Shown in pieces: positions 40,455-51,600 of a stretch of DNA of 64,000 bases (positions are counted from its first letter, which is position 1; the number at the start of each line of letters is the position of its first letter). The translations under genes were made by a program, and so were the position numbers. The DNA lies in contig OZ244561.1 of assembly GCA_965217585.1 (NCBI GenBank), positions 544,001-608,000 on the forward strand. The letters are read 5' to 3'. This DNA is from Candidatus Latescibacterota bacterium. GTDB taxonomy: Bacteria > Latescibacterota > UBA2968 > UBA8231. The notes below the pieces were generated by a model, which was not told the origin of the DNA, ran no database searches, and worked only from the letters and a program-made list of their open reading frames with translations.

Positions 40455-41635
40455 TATATCTGGCCCGGGCGATAGTCCGGCGGCGGCGTTTCCCGTTCGC
40501 TGAGCCACAGCGCCCGCCCAACCCGCGCCTGGACGTATTGATAGTCATAGCTCGTGTCCGGAGCGGAGATGTTGCCCTGCGACGGGTATTGGGCAATAGC
40601 CTCCTCGACAAGGTCCACGCCCAACCCAGGAGTATCCGGCACCGCGATATGGCTATCGACGACTTCGGGCTGGCCAGTCATCACCTCGTAGCGTTGCGGC
40701 ACATCGTCGGCTAGGTGCTCCAAGATCAGGAAGTTGGGGAGCGTGGCCATTAGGTGTACGGCCGCCATTTCGGCCACCGGCCCCAACGAGCCGTCGTGCG
40801 GGGCTACCATGCAGTAGTGAGCCTCGGCCATAGCGGCGATCTTCTTCATCTGCCCCAAGCCCCCAGCCCGACCCGTATCGGGTTGGACCACATCGATGAT
40901 CTCGCGCTCAATCAGCTCCTTTACTCCCCAAATGGTGGCGTGGCGCTCGCCCGCGGCAATGGGAATATCCACTGCGTCGGCAACCCGAGCGAGGGCGTCG
41001 ATATTTTCAGGGGCTACTGGATCTTCGTAAAACAGCAGGTCGTATTCTTCAAGCGCGTGGCCCAAGGCAATGGCGTCACGCGTCGTCAACCAAGGCGGCC
41101 CGTGGACGTCGACCATGAGATCCACCTCGTCGCCGACCTCTTTGCGGATGGCGGCAACCGTTTCGACGCAGTTTTTGATTCCCCCGGTCTTTATCGCCGT
41201 ATAGCCTTGATCGACCAAAGCCCGCGCCCCCTCTTTCTCGTGCGCGTGGGCATAAACTCGCACCCGGTCGCGCATCTTGCCGCCCAAGAGGTTCCACACC
41301 GGCTGCTCAAGGGCCTTGCCCTTGATGTCCCACAGCGCCATCTCAATGCCGGTCATGGCACCAGAGCCGACGATGCCGGTCATGCCGTGGCCCATCATCG
41401 CCACCTGCATCTTGCCCCACAGCCGCTCGATGTGGAAGGGGTCCTCACCGATCATCAAAGGCGTCAGGTCGTGGATAGCCGTTTCGACCACGCGCGGCCA
41501 GCCCGAGGCCTCACCCACGCCGTAGATGCCTGCGTCGGTCTCGACCTTGACGAAGAGCCAGTTGCGCGCCGACCAACCGCTTGCCTGCGGGGGCGCACAC
41601 TGCATCAAATAGGTCTTGATCTGGGTAATTTTCAT
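40451..41635 (-). CDS. Mandelate racemase/galactonate dehydratase-like enzyme
   Basis: IEMALWDIKGK, VDVH, YEDP, AGER, QPD, APHD. Confidence 0.88.
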   Translation of the reverse strand: MKITQIKTYLMQCAPPQASGWSARNWLFVKVETDAGIYGVGEASGWPRVVETAIHDLTPLMIGEDPFHIERLWGKMQVAMMGHGMTGIVGSGAMTGIEMALWDIKGKALEQPVWNLLGGKMRDRVRVYAHAHEKEGARALVDQGYTAIKTGGIKNCVETVAAIRKEVGDEVDLMVDVHGPPWLTTRDAIALGHALEEYDLLFYEDPVAPENIDALARVADAVDIPIAAGERHATIWGVKELIEREIIDVVQPDTGRAGGLGQMKKIAAMAEAHYCMVAPHDGSLGPVAEMAAVHLMATLPNFLILEHLADDVPQRYEVMTGQPEVVDSHIAVPDTPGLGVDLVEEAIAQYPSQGNISAPDTSYDYQYVQARVGRALWLSERETPPPDYRPGQIY

Positions 41636-41717
41636 AGAGGGCTCCCCATGTTGCGATGGAGCGACAAGTATAAGCCATAGAGCAAAATCAATCCATTGCC
41701 GGCACCCTGCGCGTAGA

Positions 41718-41746
41718 TTGACAGGTATATTTTCAATACTTAGCTT
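41718..41746 (+). promoter_or_regulatory. sigma70 promoter
   Basis: TTGACA (41718-23), 17 bp, TAGCTT (41741-46). Confidence 0.55.
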
Positions 41747-41795
41747 CTAAATTTTCTATTTCTTTAGCGATTTAATTCTGATAGATGCCTTTCTC

Positions 41796-42764
41796 ATGGA
41801 TCCCTGCATAGGTCTGATCGATCAAGAACTATCCCTGTTTGAAAAGCGGCTCAACGCCGAGCTCAACGCCGATGTCGAGCTGGTCCACGTCATTGCTCGC
41901 TACATGGCCACGCTCAAGGGCAAGCGCCTCCGGCCAGCCCTCATCTTGCTCGTGGGCAAAGCGGCCGGTGCCTGGAACGAACAGCTAATCGACACGGCCG
42001 TGGCTGTCGAGATGATTCACGCCGCCACCATGGCTCACGACGACGTAGTGGACTCAGCGACCGTGCGCCGGGGTCGAGAGACGGTCAACGAGCGCTGGAG
42101 CGGGCAGATCGCCGTGCTCATGGGCGACTTTCTCCTCGCGCGTGCACTGCGCCTGCTGATCGAAGTCGGCAATCTACAGGTCCTAAGCGTGGTTGCGCAC
42201 GCCACCGAGCGGCTGAGCATAGGCGAAATATTTGAAATTCAGATCGGCACTCAGTGCGATACGCGCGAAGAGTCGTACTTTGCCATGGTCAGCGACAAGA
42301 CGGCTTCTCTGATCTCGGCCGCAGCGCGGATTGGCGCGATTCTTTCCGGCGCATCGGACGAGGTCGTGCAATCCATGGGGCGCTACGGAGAATCGCTCGG
42401 CCGCGCCTTCCAAGTCGCCGACGACATTCTCGATCTCACTAGCGATCAGGCGACCATGGGCAAGCCCGTCGGACACGACCTGCGCGAAGGCAAGATCACC
42501 TTGCCGTTGATACGTGCCTTACAGCAAGCCCCATCAGGAGCGCGGGCCGAGATGGAGGCTCTTTTGGCCCAGCCGGACAAAGACGAAGCGGAATGGGGGC
42601 AGATCGTGGCCTTTGTCGATAAGCACCAAGGAGTCGCCGCCGCCGCCGAGACCGCGCACGAATACGCCGCCCACGCTCAAGAATGCCTAGAGGTCCTGGC
42701 CCCTTCCCCGGCCCGCATAGCGCTAGAACGAGCCGTGCAGCTCGTCGTCGAACGCAACAATTGA
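41796..42764 (+). CDS. Polyprenyl diphosphate synthase (IspB/HepT-like)
   Basis: GKRLRP, HDDVVD, KTA, FQVADDILD. Confidence 0.93.
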   Translation: MDPCIGLIDQELSLFEKRLNAELNADVELVHVIARYMATLKGKRLRPALILLVGKAAGAWNEQLIDTAVAVEMIHAATMAHDDVVDSATVRRGRETVNERWSGQIAVLMGDFLLARALRLLIEVGNLQVLSVVAHATERLSIGEIFEIQIGTQCDTREESYFAMVSDKTASLISAAARIGAILSGASDEVVQSMGRYGESLGRAFQVADDILDLTSDQATMGKPVGHDLREGKITLPLIRALQQAPSGARAEMEALLAQPDKDEAEWGQIVAFVDKHQGVAAAAETAHEYAAHAQECLEVLAPSPARIALERAVQLVVERNN

Positions 42765-42776
42765 CGCAACCAGCCC

Positions 42777-43814
42777 ATGCTCAAGCGCAGTCTGCTGGCC
42801 ATAGGCGGTTTGGCCGTGGTCCTGTACTTTCTGCCGTCGCCTCGGCCCGCCGCACCGGTACGTGCAGACCGCCTCTTGTTGGGAACCCTCGTCACGGTCA
42901 AGCTCTACGGAGACGAAGCAGTGGTTCGCCCGCACATAGAAGCGGCGTACGCGGAGATCGCCCGCGTCGATTCGTCGATGAGCCACTACCGCGAGGACGG
43001 CGCATTGCGGCGGCTGGAACAGCAGGCGCGGCTCGCTCCAACGCGTGGCTCGGCCGGACTGATTGCGGTCTTGACGCGCAGCCAGCACTTCGCCGCGTTG
43101 ACAGATGGAGCTTTTGACTGCACGGTGGGAGCCTTGACGGGCCTGTGGAACTTCCCCGATGCGGTAGCGCCACCCACCTCGGCGCAGATTGATTCGGCGC
43201 TGGCGCTGGTGGACTACGAAGACCTAGAGGTTGCGGCCCAGTCATTTCGGATCAACAGGCCGGGGCTGCGGTTGGATCTGGGGGCGGCGGCCAAAGGCTA
43301 CGCGGTTGACCAAGCAGTGGCGGCGATGCAGGAGCTAGGAGTGGAGGCTGGGGTGATCGAGGCCGGGGGCGATATTCGCTATTGGGGCGAAAAACCGGAC
43401 GAGAGGCCTTGGCTCTTTGGGATCCAGCACCCGCGCGCCCCAGAGCAATACATATCAGTAGAGAACCTCGGGCTCGCGGCGATTGCGACCTCTGGCGACT
43501 ACGAGCAGTACTTTGATTGGGAGGGCGAGCGCTATCACCACCTGCTCGATCCCAAGATCGGCTATCCAGCGCGGGCGTGCATAAGCGCTACTGTGTGGTC
43601 TGCTACCGCACTAGACGCCGACATCCTGTCGACCGCGGTCTTCGTCTTAGGGCCCGATCAAGGGCTCGCGCTCGTCGAGGGCCTAGCGGACGTCGAAGGC
43701 TTCATTTTCTTTGAGCGAGATGGGCAGCTCATGCACCGGGCGTCAACCGGGATGCGCGGCCGCTTTCGCTTTTGCAATAGTAGCGAACTTTCGCCGGGCT
43801 GCGCCCGGCAATAG
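42777..43814 (+). CDS. apbE: FAD:protein FMN transferase
   Basis: GAFDCTVG, DLGAAAKGYAVD, ATSGDYE, YHHLLDP, ADILST. Confidence 0.93.
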   Translation: MLKRSLLAIGGLAVVLYFLPSPRPAAPVRADRLLLGTLVTVKLYGDEAVVRPHIEAAYAEIARVDSSMSHYREDGALRRLEQQARLAPTRGSAGLIAVLTRSQHFAALTDGAFDCTVGALTGLWNFPDAVAPPTSAQIDSALALVDYEDLEVAAQSFRINRPGLRLDLGAAAKGYAVDQAVAAMQELGVEAGVIEAGGDIRYWGEKPDERPWLFGIQHPRAPEQYISVENLGLAAIATSGDYEQYFDWEGERYHHLLDPKIGYPARACISATVWSATALDADILSTAVFVLGPDQGLALVEGLADVEGFIFFERDGQLMHRASTGMRGRFRFCNSSELSPGCARQ

Positions 43815-43833
43815 CGGAGTAAAGACAACTCTT

Positions 43834-46356
43834 ATGAAACGCAACCGGAAACTCGTGCTGATCGTGGCACTGATCGCCGCCGCAGTGTACTACCTGCTGC
43901 CGAGTGTGGAATTTTACAGCATGACGGACGCCGAGCGAGAGGCCATAGGGCTGAAGGCCCCCGAGCAGCTCGCCGATCTGAAAAAGCGCTCGCTCAACTT
44001 GGGGCTAGACTTGCAAGGCGGCATCCACCTCGTCCTAGAGGTCAAAACCGAGGGGATGGAGCAACAGGAAGCCCAAGATGCGGTCGCCCAAGCACAGGAA
44101 GTCATCCGCAACCGCGTCGATCAGTTCGGGGTGGCCGAACCGACCATCCAGCGCCAAGGCGACAACCGCATCATCATCGAGTTGCCCGGCGTACAGGACG
44201 TGCAGCGCGCCAAGGATCTAGTGGGCCAGACCGCGCTCCTCGAATTCCAGCTCCTCGAACCCTCTGAGGATCGCACTCGCCTGATCCAGCGCATCGACCA
44301 AGTGCTGGCCCCGGAAGAAGAAGAGGAAGAAGAGGAAGAAGACCTCCTCCTTTCCTCCACAGCAGAAAGCGCCCCCCTCTCCTCCATGCTCAGCCTCGCC
44401 GGCGAAGACCTCACAGTCTCGGGCCGCGACTTGCAGCGCATCAAGAACTTGCTCAACACCCCAGAGGCCCAAGAGCTCATTCCCGCAGACGTGGAATTTA
44501 TCTTTTCGAGCAAGCCCGCCGGGGCCGAAGGCAATGAGTTTTACTTCCTCTACTTGGTGCGCAAGAAGCCGGAGATGACCGGGCACATGATTCAGGATGC
44601 CTTCGTCTCCATCGGCCAAGTCGTCGAGTACATGGGCCAGCCCATCGTCAATTTCTCGACCACCGACGAAGGAGTGAGGCTCTTCAGCCGCATCACGGGT
44701 TCGCACATCGGCGAGCGCATGGCCATCGTCCTCGACGAATCGGTGTACTCGGCCCCAGTCATCCAGAGCAAAATCAGCGAGGGTCGAGGCATCATCACCG
44801 GCAGCGGCACCCAAGAAGAGGCCAAAGACCTCGCTATCGTACTGCGGGCCGGCGCGCTACCGGCCGAGGTCGAGATCATCGAAGACCGCACGGTCGGCCC
44901 CTCGCTTGGACGCGACTCGATCGAGCAAGGCAAGACCGCAGCCATCTACAGCATGGTGCTGATAGCGATCTTCATGGTCCTCTACTACCGAGCTGTCGGG
45001 CTAATCGCCGACTTTGCCCTCCTGCTCAACATGTTCTTCATCATGGCGGTACTGGCCGGTTTTCACGCCACTTTGACCTTACCCGGCATCGCCGGCATCA
45101 TCCTGACCATCGGCATGGCCGTTGACGCCAATGTGCTGATCTTTGAGCGCATCCGCGAAGAACTGCGCTCGGGCAAAACCGTCCGCGCGGCCATAGATTC
45201 CGGCTTCGGCCACGCGCTCTCGGCCATCATCGACGCTAATGTGACCACGTTCCTAGTTGGCATCGTGCTCTATCAGTTCGGCACCGGGCCGATTCGCGGC
45301 TTTGCCTTGACCCTGTGCATCGGCATCGTCTCCAGCCTCTTTACGGCCTTCTTTGTGACCCGCACAATCTTCGATCTGATTACCCGGAAATCGCAGCAAT
45401 CGACCTTGAGCATCGGGCCAGTTGGGCTCTTCGCCAACCTGAACATCCGCTTCCTCTCGTTGCGCAACATTGGTTTCGGTGCCTCGGCGGCTGTACTGCT
45501 CCTCGGCGGCGTCTCCATTTTGGGCATCAATGGCATCCGGCAGGGCATTGACTTCGCCGGCGGCACCTTGCTGGAGTTGCACTTCGATCCAGCCGTACAA
45601 GTCGAGAATATCCGCAGCCAGCTCGGCCGCGTTCCCGTGGGCGATGCCGAGATCGATCTAAGCAAGAGCGAAATCAAGCAGTTCGGGTCGGCAAACGACA
45701 TCCTCATCCGCGTCAGCGAGAGTGGGGAAGGCACCGAGGTGGCCGATGGCATTATGGGGGTTCTCAAGTCCGGATTTGCCGACAGCATCGCGGAGATGGA
45801 GTGGATCCGGCGCCAAGAAAAGGTCGGCCCCAAAATCGGCAGCGAACTGAGCAGCGCGGCCGTGCGCGCGGTGTTGGTGGCCCTGGGACTGATTCTGCTC
45901 TACATGGCTTGGCGCTTCCACCGCTTCCTCTACGGCATCGCCGCGGTCGTCGCGCTCTTCCACGACGTGCTCATCACCCTCGGGCTGCTTTCGCTCTTCA
46001 ATATTGAGATTACCCTCGCGGTGGTCGCCGCCCTGCTGGCCATTGTCGGCTACTCGCTCAACGACACGATCGTGGTCTTCGACCGCATCCGCGAAAACCT
46101 GCACACGGCCCGCCGACAGGGCTTTGACGGCACAGTCAACCAGAGCATCAACGAGTGTCTGAGCCGTACGCTGATCACCTCGGCGACGACCCTCTTGGCG
46201 GTGCTAGTGCTGATGCTTTTTGGCGGCGAGGTCAACCGCGACTTCACTATCACCTTGATGATCGGCGTCGTGGTCGGTACCTATTCGTCTGTATTCGTCG
46301 CCAGCCCGGTGCTTTACCTAGGCCAACAGCGGGCCGCCGCAAAAGAGGGCGATTAA
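43834..46356 (+). CDS. secDF: Fused protein translocase SecDF
   Basis: LGLDLQGG, VGPSLG, MAVDANVLIFERIREE, GIDFAGG, GYSLNDTIVVFDRIRE. Confidence 0.96.
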   Translation: MKRNRKLVLIVALIAAAVYYLLPSVEFYSMTDAEREAIGLKAPEQLADLKKRSLNLGLDLQGGIHLVLEVKTEGMEQQEAQDAVAQAQEVIRNRVDQFGVAEPTIQRQGDNRIIIELPGVQDVQRAKDLVGQTALLEFQLLEPSEDRTRLIQRIDQVLAPEEEEEEEEEDLLLSSTAESAPLSSMLSLAGEDLTVSGRDLQRIKNLLNTPEAQELIPADVEFIFSSKPAGAEGNEFYFLYLVRKKPEMTGHMIQDAFVSIGQVVEYMGQPIVNFSTTDEGVRLFSRITGSHIGERMAIVLDESVYSAPVIQSKISEGRGIITGSGTQEEAKDLAIVLRAGALPAEVEIIEDRTVGPSLGRDSIEQGKTAAIYSMVLIAIFMVLYYRAVGLIADFALLLNMFFIMAVLAGFHATLTLPGIAGIILTIGMAVDANVLIFERIREELRSGKTVRAAIDSGFGHALSAIIDANVTTFLVGIVLYQFGTGPIRGFALTLCIGIVSSLFTAFFVTRTIFDLITRKSQQSTLSIGPVGLFANLNIRFLSLRNIGFGASAAVLLLGGVSILGINGIRQGIDFAGGTLLELHFDPAVQVENIRSQLGRVPVGDAEIDLSKSEIKQFGSANDILIRVSESGEGTEVADGIMGVLKSGFADSIAEMEWIRRQEKVGPKIGSELSSAAVRAVLVALGLILLYMAWRFHRFLYGIAAVVALFHDVLITLGLLSLFNIEITLAVVAALLAIVGYSLNDTIVVFDRIRENLHTARRQGFDGTVNQSINECLSRTLITSATTLLAVLVLMLFGGEVNRDFTITLMIGVVVGTYSSVFVASPVLYLGQQRAAAKEGD

Positions 46357-46389
46357 AGCCAGCCGATTGCGGCGGGATCGCCTCTCGCC

Positions 46390-47601
46390 ATGAAAACTAT
46401 AGTAGTAGCTGCCTTTGTCCTGTTCTTGATCTACCACGGACCGCCGCAGGATCGCTCCAGCCCCTTTGACGCCGCGTGGATGCTGGGCGCTCTGGCTCTC
46501 TTGGCCGCGGCTGGAGGCCAACTGGCGCAGGCGGTTCGTCTGCCGGCGCTGGTTGGGTGGATCGGAGCCGGGATGTTGCTGGGCACCGGCGGCTTACAGC
46601 TCGTCGATCTAGACGCGTTCTCCCTGCACCAAATGCTCTTTCTCACGGCGGGCCTCGGGGTCGGATTCCAAGTGGGGCTGCACGTGGTATGGCCAACGCA
46701 CGCTTGGCGCACGCTTGGGTTGGTAGCGGCGGCGACCGCGCTGGTCTTTGCCGCGGTGACCGCGGCCACCGCATTGCTCGGGCTGCCTTGGGAGCAGGCC
46801 GTACTCCTCGGCGCGTTGGCTAGCTTGTGGGGACCTTTCACCGGCGCACCGGAATTTGGCCGGCGCGGTGCGCTGGTGCTGGCTGTGCTGGGGACGGGCT
46901 GCGCCCTTGGGGCATTGGGGGGCGCGCTGGTCTGGCTAGAAATCGGAGCCGAGGGATGGGTCGGGCGCGTCGGCCTGTCGCTTGTGGCCGGCGGAGGGCT
47001 GGGGCTGGGGCTGCGCTTTTTAGGTCGGTTCGCCACCCCGAGTGCGACTATAGTCTCCGGCCTAGTAGGAGCTTTTTTCTTAGCGGCTCTCGTGCTGGAA
47101 ACCCTCGGGCTGATGGCTCTCCCCTGCGGGCTGATGGCGGGATTGGTGCAGAACAAGACGCAAAGCCGCCGCGTGCGGTTGCTGCTGCACCGGGGGGCGC
47201 CGGTCGCTTTCATGCTCTTTTTCGCACTCGTGGGGACCGCGCTCGACCTCGGCGCGCTGTGGCCTCCCGCAGCCGGACTGTACGAGGCCGCACTCGTGCT
47301 AGTGGCCGTACCGTTGCTTTTGCGGGGGTTGGCCCCCATGGCGTACTACCCGCTGCCCGGTCCCCATCCAGGGCGGCGCATTGGCTGGCGACTCTTGCCG
47401 CGCGGTGCGTTGCTGTTCGAGTTGTTCTGCGGCCCGCACGGGCTGGCTCCTTACGTAGAGGCTGGCGGTCTGTTAGCGCAGGCCGTGCTCTTGGACATTT
47501 TCGTTTCGACCCTGCTCTTCTCCTCCTTATCATCGCTCGTAGATGCGAGCCTTTTCGCGGCGGAAAAGGCTCGCTCCTCAGAAGACAGCGCAACGGCCTA
47601 A
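46390..47601 (+). CDS. Polytopic membrane protein, divergent cation:proton antiporter-like
   Basis: About 11-12 hydrophobic segments; LPALVGWIGAGMLLG and FF.LVG..LD CPA2-like motifs. Confidence 0.6.
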   Translation: MKTIVVAAFVLFLIYHGPPQDRSSPFDAAWMLGALALLAAAGGQLAQAVRLPALVGWIGAGMLLGTGGLQLVDLDAFSLHQMLFLTAGLGVGFQVGLHVVWPTHAWRTLGLVAAATALVFAAVTAATALLGLPWEQAVLLGALASLWGPFTGAPEFGRRGALVLAVLGTGCALGALGGALVWLEIGAEGWVGRVGLSLVAGGGLGLGLRFLGRFATPSATIVSGLVGAFFLAALVLETLGLMALPCGLMAGLVQNKTQSRRVRLLLHRGAPVAFMLFFALVGTALDLGALWPPAAGLYEAALVLVAVPLLLRGLAPMAYYPLPGPHPGRRIGWRLLPRGALLFELFCGPHGLAPYVEAGGLLAQAVLLDIFVSTLLFSSLSSLVDASLFAAEKARSSEDSATA

Positions 47602-47665
47602 GTGCGCCGCTGCTCGTTTGTGTCCAACTAGGCTGATTTGTATCTTTAACGGTCTAACATTTTGT

Positions 47666-48358
47666 ATGGACCATATTCGCGACAACTGGGAATTGCTGCG
47701 CGGCCGCATCGAGCGGGCATCCGCGCGTAGCGGGCGCGCAGCGAGCGCGATTGAGGTCGTCGCCGTCAGCAAAACGCGCAGCGCACGCGAGATTGAGGCG
47801 GCTTACGCCTGCGGCTTGCGCCTCGTGGGCGAAAACCGCATCCAAGAAGCAGCGGCCAAGCGCCCGCAGGTCGCCGCGCCGCTTGCCTGGCACTTTGTCG
47901 GCCAGTTGCAGACGAATAAAGCCGGGCGGGCCGTCGAGCTTTTCGACCTCGTGCAATCGGTCGATTCCGCGCGGCTAGCGGAGGCACTCAGCCGCCGAGC
48001 TGGACAGGCAGGTCGCACCATTGAGGTGCTCTTGCAGGTAAACACGGCCGGCAGCCTGAGCCAAGCCGGAGTGGTGCCCGACCAGCTCGTCGATCTAGTC
48101 GCAGCCCTCGCACCGCTGCCGCACTTGCGGATCCGCGGCCTGATGACCATTGCCGCTCACAGCGAGGACGAGGCCACAGTCCGAGGCTGCTTTCGGACCT
48201 TGCGCGAGCTTGGCGAAAAAGTCGCCGAGTGCGAATTTGCGGGTGTATCCATGGACTACCTGTCCATGGGCATGAGCGGCGACTTTGAACTCGCCATAGC
48301 CGAAGGGGCCAATCTACTGCGCCTCGGCACGGCGATCTTCGGCCCGCGGCCGACCTGA
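47666..48358 (+). CDS. yggS: PLP homeostasis protein
   Basis: AVSKT, GENRIQE, WHFVGQLQTNK, LSMGMSGDF, RLGTAIFG. Confidence 0.95.
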   Translation: MDHIRDNWELLRGRIERASARSGRAASAIEVVAVSKTRSAREIEAAYACGLRLVGENRIQEAAAKRPQVAAPLAWHFVGQLQTNKAGRAVELFDLVQSVDSARLAEALSRRAGQAGRTIEVLLQVNTAGSLSQAGVVPDQLVDLVAALAPLPHLRIRGLMTIAAHSEDEATVRGCFRTLRELGEKVAECEFAGVSMDYLSMGMSGDFELAIAEGANLLRLGTAIFGPRPT

Positions 48359-48374
48359 TTTACAGGAGATACTC

Positions 48375-48668
48375 GTGTTCGATTTCGGCGGTTTTTTTAC
48401 AGACGTCAAGGGCCTCATCATCACCCTCATTGAGATCTACAGCTATGTGGTCCTCATCCGGGTGCTGCTCTCGTGGTTCAACCCCAACCCCCACAACCCA
48501 CTCGTCCAATTCCTGCGCGGCGTCACCGATCCGGCCCTCGATACAGTGCGTTCCTTCTTGCCGAGGTTTTTTTGGTCAACCGGAATAGACTTTACGCCGA
48601 TAGTCCTGTTTTTCCTACTCAAGCTCGTCGTCATCTTTCTCCACCGTATCTTTCCCGCAGCCGGATGA
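48375..48668 (+). CDS. yggT: YggT-family membrane protein
   Basis: LLSWF.P.P.NP.VQFL..VTDP, IDFTPI. Confidence 0.9.
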   Translation: MFDFGGFFTDVKGLIITLIEIYSYVVLIRVLLSWFNPNPHNPLVQFLRGVTDPALDTVRSFLPRFFWSTGIDFTPIVLFFLLKLVVIFLHRIFPAAG

Positions 48669-51600
48669 GCATGGCACCCCAAACCCCTTTTGCCCCGGTC
48701 CCGTCCCAAGTGGACTTTCCCGCTCAGGAGCGCCACATCCTCGAGTTCTGGCGCGCCGGCGACCTGTATCGCAAATCCGTCGATGCCCGTCCCATCGAGC
48801 AGCCCTTTCGGTTCTACGACGGACCGCCCTTTGCGACCGGACTGCCCCACTACGGACACCTGTTGGCGTCCATCACTAAGGACGTGGTGCCTCGCTACTG
48901 GACGATGCGCGGCTACCGGGTCGAGCGCCGCTGGGGCTGGGACTGCCACGGCCTGCCCGTCGAAAACGAAGTCGAGCAGCAACTCGGGCTCCGGTCTCGG
49001 CGCGATATTCTCGAATACGGCGTGTCCCAGTTCAACGAGGCTTGCCGAGACTTGGTGCTGCACTACACGGCCGAGTGGCAGCGGCTGATTGAGCGACTAG
49101 GGCGCTGGGTTGACTGGGACAACCAGTACCGGACGATGGACCCCAACTTCATGGAGTCCGTGTGGTGGGTGTTCAAGTCGCTGTGGGACAAGGGACTCGT
49201 CTATGAGGGCTACAAGTCCCTCGCCTACTGTCCCCGCTGCGCGACACCGCTGTCGAACTTCGAGGTCAACCAAGGCTACCAGGACACGCAGGACCCGTCG
49301 ATCACAGTGCGCTTCCGCGTCGTCGGCGAGCAGCGCCTGTCCCTGCTCGCTTGGACGACGACCCCGTGGACCCTGCCCTCCAACATGGGCTTAGCCATTG
49401 GCCGCGACATCGACTATGTGCGCGTCACCACCCGCGACGGAGAGCACTTAATCCTCGCCGCTTCCCTCGTCGAAAGCCTCTTCCGCCGGCACGACAGCGA
49501 AATCGCCGAGGTAACGCCAGTCGCCGTCGAAGATCTCGTCGGGCTGCGTTACGAGCCTCTGTTCGACTGCTTCGCCGACCGTGCCGAGGAGGGCGCTTTC
49601 CGCGTCGTGACGGCCGATTTTGTGTCCACCGACGACGGCACCGGCATCGTCCACATTGCCCCGGGGTTTGGCGAGGACGATTACCAACTCGGCCTAGCCG
49701 AGGGCTTGCCCGTGGTCTGCCCCATCGACGCCGACTGCTGCTTCACCGACGAGATCCCGGACTTTGAGGGCACTTTCGTGAAGGACACCGATACGCCCAT
49801 CATCCGCCGATTGCGCACCTCGGGTCAGCTATTCTCCGAGGGCTCCATCGAGCACTCGTACCCATTCTGCTGGCGCTGCGACTCGCCCCTCATCTACCGC
49901 ACGATCTCCACTTGGTTTGTGAAAATCGAAGGCGAGGTGAAGGAGAAGATGCTCGCCGCCAATCAGCAGATCTGGTGGATTCCCGAGCACATCCGCAATG
50001 GCCGCTTCGGCAAGGGCGTTGAGTCGGCACCGGACTGGGCCGTGAGCCGCAATCGCTACTGGGGAACGCCGCTGCCGATTTGGCGCAACGAGGAGACGGG
50101 CGAAGCCGTGTGCGTCGGCAGTCGCCAGGAGCTGTGCGAACTCGCCGGACGCGACGTGGACGACCTGCACAAGCACTTCATCGACGACCTCGAGATCCCA
50201 GCACCGTCCGGGAACGGCTCGCTGCGGCGCGTGCCCGAAGTCCTCGACTGCTGGTTCGAGTCCGGATCGATGCCGTACGCGCAGAACCACTACCCCTTTG
50301 GGCGGCGCGAGGACTTCGAAGCCTCTTTCCCAGCCGACTTCATCTCCGAGAACCTCGATATGACCCGCGGGTGGTTCTACACCCTGACGATCCTGGCTGC
50401 GGCGCTGTTCAACAAGCCAGCTTTCCACAACTGCATCGTCGGCGGCATGCTGCTAGCCACCGACGGACGCAAGCTGAGCAAGCGCTTGAAGAACTATCCC
50501 GATCCGGCTGAGATGCTCGAGACCTACGGCGCCGACGCCCTGCGCCTCTATCTGCTCAACTCGCCGGCCATGAAGGCCGAGGAGATGCGTCTTACTGAAG
50601 AGGGCATTAAGCAGAGCCTGCGCGATGTCATCATCCCCTTGTGGAATGCCTATAGCTTCTTTGTCACCTACGCGGCTATTGACGGTTGGACACCAGACGA
50701 GAGCCGTGTGCAGACGCTCGACCACCGCCTCGACCGCTGGATTCTTTCGGAGTTGCAGACCCTGCTCCGCGATCTCAACGCCGAAATGGAAGCATACCGG
50801 CTCTATCGCACAGTGCCGGCGATGGTGGCCTTTACCGAGAAGCTGACCAACTGGTACATCCGCCGCAGCCGTCGCCGCTTCTGGAAGTCCGAAGACGACC
50901 AAGACAAGGCGGCGGCGTACGACACTCTCTATCGGGTGCTAGTGACCTTCATCAAAGCCCTAGCTCCGGTCTTGCCCTTTATCACCGAGATTATCTACCA
51001 GAACTTGGTGCGCCGAGTGGACGCGGAGGCACCCGCAAGCGTCCATCTATGCGACATGCCGCAGGCCGACGAGCACTTGCGCGACGACGCCTTAGAGCAG
51101 CAAATGGAACTGGCGACGCGGGCCGTGGTCTTGGGCCGCTCGCTGCGCAGCAAGCACGAGCTCAAGGTGCGCCAGCCGCTGCGGCACCTCTGGCTTTTGC
51201 CCCCCAACGGGCACAGCCATCACGGACTGGAGCAGATGACTGACCTGCTAGCCGACGAGCTCAACGTCAAGGAGGTGGTGCTGGTGGAGGACGAGACCGA
51301 TTTCAGCGAGATCTCCTATCGGCCCGACTTCCGCGCCTTGGGGCCGCGCTTCGGCAAGCGGATGCCAGAAGTCGCCGCCCGCATCCAAGCCCTGACGACC
51401 GAGGATGTACACCTCCTCAAGAGCGGCGGCCAGCTCTCCGTGGCCGGCGGCGAGATCGGGCTGGCCGACATCGCCGTGCAGCGCCGGGAGAAAGAGGGCG
51501 TGGTGGTAGCCCTCGACAACAACCTCGGGGTGGGTCTAAACATCCAGCTCGACGACGAATTGATCGCCGAGTGCACTGCGCGCGAATTCGTCAACCGCGT

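Noticed and set aside
44314-44340. GAA/GAG run in secDF as a phase-variable repeat
   Set aside because: Mixed codons encoding an in-frame poly-Glu linker.
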